Positions 52,097 to 60,900 of a DNA stretch of 64,000 bases are shown piece after piece (positions within the stretch are counted from its first letter, which is position 1; every line of letters begins with the position of its first letter). The translations under genes and the position numbers were made by a program. The stretch comes from Thermoanaerobaculia bacterium. Its GTDB lineage: Bacteria; Acidobacteriota; Thermoanaerobaculia; Multivoradales; UBA5704. The stretch covers positions 68,707 to 132,706 of the forward strand of contig DATFNZ010000183.1 of assembly GCA_035266085.1 (NCBI GenBank). The letters are read 5' to 3'. The notes beneath the pieces were generated by a model. It did no database searches. It was not told the DNA's origin and was given only the letters and a program-made list of their open reading frames with translations.

Positions 52097-52284
52097 AAGA
52101 TCTCTAGGGGCCGCGGAAGGACATTTGTAAGTAGTGCCGCGGCGATGGGCAAACCGGGACAGCCCATTTCATCTCGCCTCTATGTCAGAGAGTGTCAGAG
52201 GCGCCGACAAAGAATTGTCAGCCTGCCGCAGGTCCATCCGTGCTCTAATTGGAGGGCCCGAGCTGGGGGTCATGGAGGGTCGAA

Positions 52285-52899
52285 ATGGGCTTTTTTGAAG
52301 GTGTCCTGGGTCCGAGCCGCGAGGAGGTCTGGAAAGAGCTGTGCGCCAGGATCGGCGCCGACTTCGTCGAGGGGGGGTTCTGGAAGGGGGACAAGGTCCA
52401 GGCCCACTTCAAGAACTGGACGATCACCCTGGATACCTACACGGTCTCGACGGGCCACGTCCACGAGACCTTTACGAGGATCCGCGCGCCCTTCGTCAGC
52501 CACGAGGAGCTCCGCTTCCGGATCTACCGCAAGACGGCGTTCAGCGACATGGGCAAGATGCTGGGAATGCAGGACATCGAGGTCGGGCACTCGGCCCAGT
52601 TCGACGACGACTTCATCATCCAGGGCAACGACGAGCACAAGATCCGGGCCCTGTTCGCGAACCAGGAGATCCGGCGCCTGATCGAGGAGCAGCCGAAGAT
52701 CCGGCTCGAGCTCCGGGACGACGAGGGCCTCTTCCGCACGCACTACCCCGAAGGCGTGGACGCGCTGTACTTCCAGGTGCCCGGCGTCATCAAGGACGTG
52801 GAGCGGCTCAAGAGGCTGTTCGACCTCTTCACCGAGGTCCTGGAGGAGCTCAACCGAATCGGCTCCGCGACCGGAGAAAAGCCGGGAGTCGCGCTGTGA
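52285..52899 (+). CDS. Hypothetical cytoplasmic protein (204 aa)
   Basis: Internal ATG 52285 with GGAGGG upstream. No family recognised. GTGA overlap with the downstream gene. Confidence 0.6.
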   Translation: MGFFEGVLGPSREEVWKELCARIGADFVEGGFWKGDKVQAHFKNWTITLDTYTVSTGHVHETFTRIRAPFVSHEELRFRIYRKTAFSDMGKMLGMQDIEVGHSAQFDDDFIIQGNDEHKIRALFANQEIRRLIEEQPKIRLELRDDEGLFRTHYPEGVDALYFQVPGVIKDVERLKRLFDLFTEVLEELNRIGSATGEKPGVAL

Positions 52900-53369
52900 C
52901 CGCCGATCCCCTCGCCCAGAAGCATTCCCGGAGACTCTCGACCATCATCTTCTTCTTGCTCGTCCTGGCCATCGTCGGCCTGGTCTACACCAACAGCCTG
53001 CTCGGCCGCGGCCCGGCGGCGGTCGGCCTCCAGATCGCGGCCGTCACGCTGATGCTCTGGGCGCGCCTCACCTTCGGCATCCGCAGCTTCCACTACGCGG
53101 CCAACCCCACTGAGGGGGGCCTCGTCACCACGGGCCCCTACCGCTACATGCGGCACCCCATCTACACCGCCATCCTGCTCTTCGTCTGGGCGGGCGTCGC
53201 CTCGAACCTCTCGCCGGTGAGCGTGGCCCTGGGGGCCGTGGTGACGGCGATGCTCTTCCTGCGGATGATCTTCGAAGAAGCTCTGGTGCGGCAGCGCTAC
53301 CCGGAGTACGCCGACTACGCCCGCCGCACCAAGCGGGTGATTCCCTTCATCCTGGTTCCCTTCCTATAA
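52896..53369 (+). CDS. Isoprenylcysteine carboxyl methyltransferase (ICMT)/phospholipid methyltransferase-family membrane protein
   Basis: GTG 52896 overlapping the previous stop. TM helices. GPYRYMRHPIYTAILLFVWAG signature. Confidence 0.75.
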   Translation: MTADPLAQKHSRRLSTIIFFLLVLAIVGLVYTNSLLGRGPAAVGLQIAAVTLMLWARLTFGIRSFHYAANPTEGGLVTTGPYRYMRHPIYTAILLFVWAGVASNLSPVSVALGAVVTAMLFLRMIFEEALVRQRYPEYADYARRTKRVIPFILVPFL

Positions 53370-53381
53370 AAGAGAGACCGC

Positions 53382-53609
53382 ATGCCCTGGATCCAAGTCA
53401 CAGAGAGCTCGAAACGTGAAGTCTGGCTGCGCACGGAGTCCATCCTCGGCCTCGCCCAGGCGGAGCGCCACGGCAGCGGCACCCGCGTCCTCCTCCTCTC
53501 CGGCACCGCCCTCGAGGTGGTCGAGGAGCGGGACGACCTCCTGCAGACGATCAAGGAAGCGGAAGGAACGGCGGCGAGGGAGCGTCAGGTGGGGTTTCCG
53601 GGGGATTGA
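53382..53609 (+). CDS. Small hypothetical protein (75 aa)
   Basis: ORF 53382..53609, 12 nt after the ICMT-like gene. No family recognised. Confidence 0.4.
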   Translation: MPWIQVTESSKREVWLRTESILGLAQAERHGSGTRVLLLSGTALEVVEERDDLLQTIKEAEGTAARERQVGFPGD

Positions 53610-53634
53610 AACGGTCTCGAAGGTGCCGCCGGCT

Positions 53635-53886
53635 CCGGCGAGCCATCCGTTCGTCCCGGCGAACCACTCGTTCCGGCCGGCCAGCCATCCGTTCCGACCG
53701 GCGAGCGACCCGTTCCGACCGGCGGGCCGACTTTTGACTCCGGCGAGCCATCCGTTCCGACCGGCGGACGGCCCGTTCCGGCCAGCGGGCTGACTTTTGA
53801 CTCCGGCGGACCACTCGTTCCGACCGGCGGGCGGCCCGTTCCGGCTGGCGGACTAACTTTAAGGTCCGGCGGGCCGCTCGTTCCGC
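53635..53886. repeat. Tandem array, 12 x 21 bp (CCGGCGRRCCAYYCGTTCCGR) with 63-bp higher-order structure
   Basis: Twelve consecutive 21-bp units read from the sequence. Every third unit in the distal part is the variant CCGGCGGGCCGACTTTTGACT / CCAGCGGGCTGACTTTTGACT / CTGGCGGACTAACTTTAAGGT. Confidence 0.9.
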
Positions 53887-53998
53887 TCCCTGCAAACCCA
53901 CCCCCATAAACGTTGGGTTTTCGATACCGAAACGTCGAGGGAGGTTCCCCATGCTTCGCTTCACCCGTCCTTCCTTGCTTCACGGCAGTCTGCAGTGA
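53887..53998 (+). pseudogene. Diverged duplicate of the tricorn promoter/RBS and first 15 codons
   Basis: 53887-53995 aligns with 54466-54587 (CCCTGCAA...GGGAGGTTCCCCATGCTTCGC...CTTCACGGC...). The fragment reads MLRFTRPSLLHGSLQ-stop. Confidence 0.75.
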
Positions 53999-53999
53999 A

Positions 54000-54227
54000 C
54001 TACGTGAGCAGGTTCTTGAACTGGTCCACCGTGAGACCCGCCTGACGGATGATGGCCCGCAAAGTACCCTTCGCAATCTCGGAGTGATCGGGCACGGTCA
54101 GGCGCCGGTATGGGGGACTGGCCTGCCGGAGAACGATGTGGCTGCCATGTTGCCGATCTCTCTCATAGCCCAGCTTGCCCATTGCTTTGACGACTTCTCT
54201 ACCAGAGACACGCGGCAGCTCACTCAA
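54000..54227 (-). CDS. hicA: HicA-family mRNA interferase toxin
   Basis: 75 aa, TTG start in TTGA overlap with the hicB stop. GREVVKAMGKLGYERDRQHGSHIVLRQ...LTVPDHSEIAKGTLRAIIRQAGL. Confidence 0.85.
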   Translation of the reverse strand: MSELPRVSGREVVKAMGKLGYERDRQHGSHIVLRQASPPYRRLTVPDHSEIAKGTLRAIIRQAGLTVDQFKNLLT

Positions 54228-54436
54228 ACATCGATCTCCACGAGCTCTTCAGAGATAGGTAGCGGCACGGGCTCACCGTGCGCGTCCAGGCTCTCGATGT
54301 AGGCCTCGATCGCCTCTCGTACGTTCACCAGAGCTTGGTCTCGGGTTGCGCCTTGGGAGATGCAACCGGGCAGCGCGGGCACTTCGGCGACGAAGACGCC
54401 ATCTTCATCCTGCTCGAGAAAAACGCGGTACTTCAT
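54224..54436 (-). CDS. hicB: HicB-family antitoxin (UPF0150 fold only, 70 aa)
   Basis: Last 70 codons of the spurious track ORF 54224..57871. AGGAGG RBS. MKYRVFLEQDEDGVFVAEVPALPGCISQGATRDQALVNVREAIEAYIE. Confidence 0.85.
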   Translation of the reverse strand: MKYRVFLEQDEDGVFVAEVPALPGCISQGATRDQALVNVREAIEAYIESLDAHGEPVPLPISEELVEIDV

Positions 54437-54541
54437 GGGATGACCTCCTGACCACGAAGTATACATCCCCTGCAACCCCGCCCCCCCGCCTCCCGTAGAC
54501 GTAGGGTTGTCGACACCTGAAAACGTCCAGGGGAGGTTCCC

Positions 54542-57500
54542 ATGCTTCGCGCCACCCGTATCCTTCTGTGCTTCACGGCGGCCTGCGGCCTCGCCGCCGG
54601 GGCGGCTTCCGCCCAGACCAAGCTGCTCCGGTTCCCGGACATCCACGGCGACAAGGTCGTCTTCACCTATGCCGGCGACCTCTGGACGGCGCCCTCGTCC
54701 GGCGGCCCGGCCGGCCGGCTGACGGCCCATCCGGGGCTCGAGATGTTCGCACGGTTCTCGCCGGATGGCCAGTGGATCGCCTTCACCGGCCAGTACGACG
54801 GCGACGAGCAGGTCTACGTCATCCCCGCCACCGGCGGCGTGCCGAAACAGCTCACCTGGTACCCCGCTCGCGGGCCCCTGCCGCCGCGCTGGGGCTACGA
54901 CAACCAGGTCTACGGCTGGACGGCGGACGGCAAATCCGTCTTCTTCCGCTCTCTGCGGGACGGCTGGGACCTCTCGGACAGCCGCATCTACACCGTGCCT
55001 GTGGCGGGCGGCATGGGCGACGCGCTGCCCATGCCCCTGAGCGGCGGCGCCGACCTGTCGCCGGACGGCAAGCAGGCCGTCTACACCCCCTTCGCCCGCG
55101 AGTTCCGCACCTGGAAGCGCTACCAGGGCGGCTGGGCCCAGGACCTCTGGATCTTCGACCTCGCCACCCACGAGACGAAGAACATCACCAACACCCCACG
55201 CACCGAGCGCGATCCCATGTGGATCGGCGGCAAGATCTACTTCAACTCGGACCGCACCGGCACCCTCAACCTCTACTCCTACGACCCGGCGAGCGGCGCG
55301 ACGGCTCAGCTCACCCAGAGCAAGCAGTGGGACGTCCGCTGGCCCGCCGCCGACGCGGCCGGGCAGATCGTCTACGAGATGGACGGCGAGCTGAACGTCC
55401 TCGACACCCGCACGGGCGCCGCGAGGCACCTCTCGATCCAGGTCCCCAGCGACCAGACCGACAGCCGGCCGTCGCAGGTCGCGGCCGCCGATCAGATCGA
55501 GGACGCCGCGCTCTCCCCGAAGGGCGAGCGGGTGGTTTTCACGGCCCGCGGCGACATCTTCAACGCCCCCATCGAGAAGGGCGTTACCCGCAACCTCACC
55601 CGCACCTCCGGGCAGCACGACAAGTGGGCCCGCTGGTCGCCCGACGGCCGCAAGATCGCCTTCCTCTCCGACCGCTCCGGCGAGGAGGAGCTGTACCTGA
55701 TCGATGCCCTGGGTGATCCGGGAAAGGGTAAACCCGAGCAGCTCACCAGCGGCGGCAAGGCCATGCGCTATAACCCCGACTGGTCGCCGGACGGCAAGCG
55801 GATCGCCTTCGCCGACAAGGACCGCCGCCTGTGGGTGGTCACCGTGGCCGACAAGAAGCTCGTCGAGGTGGCCCGCGATACCCGCCGCGAGATCCGCGAC
55901 TACCAATGGGCGCCCGGCGGCGGCCATCTCGCTTTCAGCATGACGGACCCCAACAACTTTCGCTCCATCTGGATCTGGAGCGTGGAGGGCGCCAAGCTGC
56001 GCCGGATCACCGGCGAGGACTTCAGCGAGCGCGAGCCCGTGTGGGACCCCCAGGGCAAGTACCTGTATTACCTCTCCGACCGCGCCTACGCGCCGCACTT
56101 CGACGCCATCGACTTCAATTTCGCCCTCGACCGCAACGTCGGCCTCTTCGCCCTGGCCCTGCGCAAGGACGTGGAGAACCCCTTCCCGCCCGAGGAGGAC
56201 AAGGTCACGGTCGAGGAGGATAAGAAGGACGGCAAGGACGAGAAGAAGGATGACAAGAAAGAGGCTCTCAAGGATCTCAGGATCGACTTCGAGGGCCTGG
56301 CGGACCGGGTGGTCCGCGTGCCCGTGCCGTTCGACAACTACTTTGGCCTGACGGCGGCCGACGGACGCCTGCTGTACGTGAAGTTCGGGGCGGGCGGCTT
56401 CGGCGAGCCGTCGGCGCAGCCGGCCCTGCAGGTCTTCTCGATCAAGGACCGCAAGGCGTCGACCCTGGCCGAGGGCGTCAACGTCTACTCCCTGTCGCAG
56501 AACGGCGAGAAGGTGCTGGTGATGCAGCAGGGTCAGTTCAACGTCTACGACGCCAAGCCGGAGGGCAAGGACTCGAAGAAGACGATCGACACCGGCGGCC
56601 TGGTGGTCGACCGGGTGCCGGCCGAGGAGTGGGCGGAGGTCTTCCGCGAGGCTTGGCGCCGGTACCGCGACTTCTTCTACGTCGAGAACATGAACGGCTA
56701 CGACTGGGAGGCGCTGCGCCGGCAGTACGAGCCGCTCGTCGCCCACGTCGGCCACCGCTCGGACCTCAACTACGTCATCGGCGAGATGATCGCCGAGCTC
56801 AACAACTCCCACGCCTACGTGGCGGGCGGCGACTTCATGCCGCCGCCGAGGCCGCGGGTGGCGCTGCCCGGCGCCCGCTTCGAGCTGGACCGGGCCGCCG
56901 GCCGGTACCGCATCGGCAAGATCTTCGCCGGCCAGAATGAGGAGGACACCTATCGCTCGCCGCTGACGGAGATGGGAGTCGACGTCAAGGCGGGCGAATA
57001 CGTGCTGGCGATCGACGGCGAGGAGCTCGCCGCCGACGACAACCCGTACCGCCTGCTCCGCCACAAGGCGGGCCGCCCCGTCCGCCTCACCGTCGGCGCC
57101 AAGCCCACGCTCGAAGGTTCCCGGGAGATCACCTTCCGGCCCATCGACTCGGAGACCAACCTGATCTATCTCGACTGGATCACTGGCAACCGCGAGCGGG
57201 TGGCGAAGCTGAGCGGCGGCAAGGTCGGCTACATCCACATCCCCGACATGGGCGAGGACGGGATGCGCGAGTTCCTCAAGCAGTACTTCGGCCAAGTCGA
57301 CAAGGAGGGGTTGATCGTCGACGTGCGCGACAATGGCGGCGGCTTCATCTCGCAGACGCTGCTCGAGCGGCTGGGCCGCAAAGCGCTGGCCGTGGACTAC
57401 GGCCGCGCCAGCGGCGAAGCCCAGTCGTATCCGCAGGTGGTCTTCAACGGCCACATGGCGTGCCTGATCAACGAGGGGTCGGGGTCGGACGGCGACATCT

Positions 57501-57832
57501 TCCCCTACATGTTCCGTGAGATGGGGCTGGGACCGCTGATCGGCACCCGCACCTGGGGCGGCGTCGTGGGCATCTCCGGCCACGGGCCGATGATCGACGG
57601 CGGGCAGATCTTCGTGCCCGAGGTCGGCTCTGTTTCGCTCAAGGGCGAATGGATCATCGAGGGGCACGGCGTCGATCCCGACATCGTGGTGGCGAACGAC
57701 GTCAAGTCCGGGCTCGGCGGCCGCGATCCCCAGCTTGAAAGGGGAGTCGCCGAGGTGATGGCGAAGGTCAAGTCCGATCCCAAGTCGTACCCCAAGCGCC
57801 CGGCGGACCCGGTGCGGACGCAGCAGCCGTAA
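54542..57832 (+). CDS. Tricorn protease homolog (beta-propellers, PDZ, S41 peptidase)
   Basis: ORF 54542..57832 with GGGAGG RBS and a signal peptide. RFPDIHGDKVVFTYAGDLWTAP...RFSPDGQWIAFTGQYDG is the characteristic tricorn N-terminus. Confidence 0.9.
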   Translation: MLRATRILLCFTAACGLAAGAASAQTKLLRFPDIHGDKVVFTYAGDLWTAPSSGGPAGRLTAHPGLEMFARFSPDGQWIAFTGQYDGDEQVYVIPATGGVPKQLTWYPARGPLPPRWGYDNQVYGWTADGKSVFFRSLRDGWDLSDSRIYTVPVAGGMGDALPMPLSGGADLSPDGKQAVYTPFAREFRTWKRYQGGWAQDLWIFDLATHETKNITNTPRTERDPMWIGGKIYFNSDRTGTLNLYSYDPASGATAQLTQSKQWDVRWPAADAAGQIVYEMDGELNVLDTRTGAARHLSIQVPSDQTDSRPSQVAAADQIEDAALSPKGERVVFTARGDIFNAPIEKGVTRNLTRTSGQHDKWARWSPDGRKIAFLSDRSGEEELYLIDALGDPGKGKPEQLTSGGKAMRYNPDWSPDGKRIAFADKDRRLWVVTVADKKLVEVARDTRREIRDYQWAPGGGHLAFSMTDPNNFRSIWIWSVEGAKLRRITGEDFSEREPVWDPQGKYLYYLSDRAYAPHFDAIDFNFALDRNVGLFALALRKDVENPFPPEEDKVTVEEDKKDGKDEKKDDKKEALKDLRIDFEGLADRVVRVPVPFDNYFGLTAADGRLLYVKFGAGGFGEPSAQPALQVFSIKDRKASTLAEGVNVYSLSQNGEKVLVMQQGQFNVYDAKPEGKDSKKTIDTGGLVVDRVPAEEWAEVFREAWRRYRDFFYVENMNGYDWEALRRQYEPLVAHVGHRSDLNYVIGEMIAELNNSHAYVAGGDFMPPPRPRVALPGARFELDRAAGRYRIGKIFAGQNEEDTYRSPLTEMGVDVKAGEYVLAIDGEELAADDNPYRLLRHKAGRPVRLTVGAKPTLEGSREITFRPIDSETNLIYLDWITGNRERVAKLSGGKVGYIHIPDMGEDGMREFLKQYFGQVDKEGLIVDVRDNGGGFISQTLLERLGRKALAVDYGRASGEAQSYPQVVFNGHMACLINEGSGSDGDIFPYMFREMGLGPLIGTRTWGGVVGISGHGPMIDGGQIFVPEVGSVSLKGEWIIEGHGVDPDIVVANDVKSGLGGRDPQLERGVAEVMAKVKSDPKSYPKRPADPVRTQQP

Positions 57833-57918
57833 AGCGCCTGTTCCGAAGACCAAATCCTGTAGGGGCGGCAAGTGCTAAGGGATCACCCTCAGCAGCCCCC
57901 GCTAGTGACCGTGCAGCC

Positions 57919-57953
57919 CGGAAAGAAAAGAGCGGCCGGAGAACCGGCCGCTC
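57919..57953 (-). terminator. Rho-independent terminator of the complete multicopper oxidase gene
   Basis: GAGCGGCCGG-AGAA-CCGGCCGCTC, followed on the minus strand by TTTTCTTTCC. Confidence 0.7.
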
Positions 57954-57983
57954 GAGAGATCGACTGCAAGGAGCTTCAGGAGA

Positions 57984-60900
57984 TCAGGGGACCCTCAGCA
58001 GACCCCAGATGCCGGCGTCCAGGCGCGGCCCGGAGTAGGACCGGTAGAAGTAGTCGCCGCCGATGCTGAACTTGCCGCCCGGACCGTCGGGGATGTACAC
58101 GTCGAAGTGGTCGCTCGGGCCGTGGCCGCCGCGGGTGCCCATCCACTCCGACTTCGGGTTGAGGCCGATGCGGGTCGAGCTCGCGATGTACGGCAGCTCC
58201 AGCCAGGGATGGCCGTACAGCTCGAACACGTGCGACTGGGTGTGGCCGGCCGGATGCACCACGCGGAAGCGGATGGCCTCGCCGCGGCTGGCCACGAACA
58301 CCGGCGTCTCGGGATCGCCGCCCACCTGGTTGTTGTGGAGCAACTGATCGAACGAGGGGAAAGTACGGGTGATCTCGAGCGGCGTCTCCGGCGCCCAGCC
58401 GCCGCGGTTCCAGAGCGGCTCGGTGCGGTAGTTGATCGCCTTCTGGCCCGAGTTCTCCGGGTCGTCGTCGATCGCCAGGTTCCTCACCGGCACGCCCCCC
58501 TTCTCATACTGCAGGTTGACGTCGTCCTGGAAGATCAGGGCGAACTCGTGGAACGCCTTGAAGGAGCCGTTCGTCGAGCTGATCACGGCCGAGGCGCGGG
58601 TGATCTTGGCGTCCTCATCCAGGTCCAACGCCCACTGGGCCGTCGCCGGCTCGACGATCAGGGAACCCATCAGACCCTTGTTGCTGTGCTTGATGGGATC
58701 GGCGGAGGTCAAGCCGGTGGCGCCGAACTCGATGGGGGTGACGGTCGTGCCGGTGACGTCGCCGGCGTACCAGTAGTAGGTGATCTTGTCGTTCGGCTTG
58801 ACGGTCTGCGGGCCGAACTGGCTGGGGTTCAAACCGACGTTCGAGCCGTCGCTGCGCTGGACGTCGAAGAAGACGAGCTGCGGGTGCAGGCTCACCTCCA
58901 TGGAGGGCCGGACGTCGTTCTGGTTGAAGTCCTCGAGGATCATGTTGACGCCGCTGTAGCCGTCGGCGTCGGCGTAGTTGCCGGGCAGGTAGTTGCGCAG
59001 CGTCACCTTGATGCACTCGCCCGCCCAGGCACGCATGATGAGCGGCTCGCGGCGCACGTTCTGCTTGAGCCGCGGACGCCCCCCCACGAAATTCAGGTCG
59101 CTGGTGTAGACGAACATGATCGCCGTGGGGTCGTAGAGCGCGCCGGCGATGCCGCCGCGCGGGTTGTAGATCAGGCCGATGGGGTTCGGGTCGTTCTGCA
59201 GGACCTCGAGCGCCGACACGGCCGCGATGTCGTACGGGCGGTAGATCCGGTCGGTCGGACAGGCGACGCGGATGACGCCGCCGGGCGCGGGGTCCACGGG
59301 CCTGGGAGACCTGTCCTCGGCCGTTCCCGCCTGCTGGAACGAGGCCGTGGGCGTCAACGTGCCCGTGCCCGTCACCGGGGTGGCCTCCTCGTCCGTCGGG
59401 ACCGCCGTCCCCGGCGTGACGTCGGCTCCCGGCACTCCTTCTTCCCGGGCCTGCTCGACGGTGATCTGCTGGAAGAGCTCGTCCGGCGTCGACGACCGGG
59501 CTCGGGGGTTGTAGGTGGCGAGCGGCAGCAGCGAGAACCGGCTGTGCGCGGGAGTGACGCCGTCGTTGCGGTAGATCCGCAGGATGCCCCAGGCGCCCGT
59601 CCACTGGGACTCGACGGCGGCGCTCGGCTTGTAGAGGAAATCCGCGAACCGGCCGTCGATCAGGCTGGGCACGCGCGGGATCTCGATGTCGAACCACTCG
59701 GAAATCCCCATCATCTGGGAGTTGCGGTACCCCGAGTTGGGGTCGTCGGGCTCGAAGAGCCACTTGAGGCCGTGGACGGTGAAGTTGTGGGGCTCCTCGT
59801 GCGCCCCGACCAAGGTGCGGATCATGACCTTGTCGCCCTCGTAGGCGCGCAGCAGCGGCGTGTAGGGGTCGCCCGGGTAGAGCCCGACCGTCAGAGGCGC
59901 GTAGAAGGGAGGCTGCGAGTTGAAATCGGCGTCCGCGCGGTCGGTGCGCGACTGGTAGGCGAAGGAGAGGTCGCCCTTCCTGCCGTTCGCCTGCTGGCTG
60001 GTGCCGGGGACGTTGACGCGCAGGCCGATCGGCTCGTTGCGGTAGTTGACGGCCATCAGGCCGATGTCGGCGGCCGAGACGGCCTCGGGGCAGGGCGCCG
60101 GCAGGGAGAAATTGGGCTCCCCGTCAGCCCCCGGGCAGTACTGGGCCTTCTCGTAGAGCTCCGGCAGCCCCGCCTCTTCCTTGGCGGGCGGGTTGACGGC
60201 GCGGAGGGTGTCGATGAAGCCGATCTCCGGGTCGATGTTCGGACAGAGGGGGCCGCCCGGCTCGTACATGGGCTGGAAGTCGGCGAACTCGATCATGAAC
60301 TCGCGGTAGTTTTCGGCCCTGGAGTTGCTGTGGACCACCGCCTGCCAGCTCGTGGGACCGCCGTCCTGGTTGAGAGCGGGGCCGCCGTTGGTGCTGAGCT
60401 GCACGCCCGTCTCGTTGTGGAACCAGGTCGAGCCGGGGGGCTCGACGATGAGGCCGGCGTACAGGCCCGACTGCTGATGGGTGGACGGGCCGAAGTGGTC
60501 GTGCGTGAAGACGGTGCGCAGGGTGCGCTGGCCGTTGGACAGGGTGGTGATCGGGTCGGCCCACCAGCGCTGCACCGTCGTCTGGGCGCCCAGGAACTCG
60601 TCGTGGTTGTCGCAGTCGGCGTCCCGCGTGCCGCTGAAGAAGGGGTGGGGCTTGGCCACCGGGCACTTGGTGAGGTCGCTGGTCAGGGCCGCGGGGGCTC
60701 CCGGCGCATCGCAGCCGTTGAAGGCGCGGATGGCCTTGATCCGCTCCTGCACCTCCTCGCCGGCGAACGAGCCGTCCTCGTAGTTCCAGCCGTTGCCGCC
60801 GCCGTCGGAAGCCAGGACGTCGAACTTCACCAGATGGATGTGCTGGCCCAGAATGTCGGTCGGCGTGCGCACCTGGAAGTCGTCGACGGTGTACTTGTTG

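Noticed and set aside
52183-52222. Three TGTCAG direct repeats (TGTCAGAGAG TGTCAGAGGC ... TGTCAGCC) upstream of the hypothetical gene at 52285, as an operator
   Set aside because: The motif is only 6-8 bp and the third copy is irregularly spaced. This is too little information to distinguish from chance without genome-wide statistics.
53635-53886. Possible CRISPR array, or a heptad-repeat protein gene
   Set aside because: Units are contiguous with no spacers. Plus frames contain stops. The open minus frames have no plausible start or RBS, and one would have to begin inside hicA in another frame.
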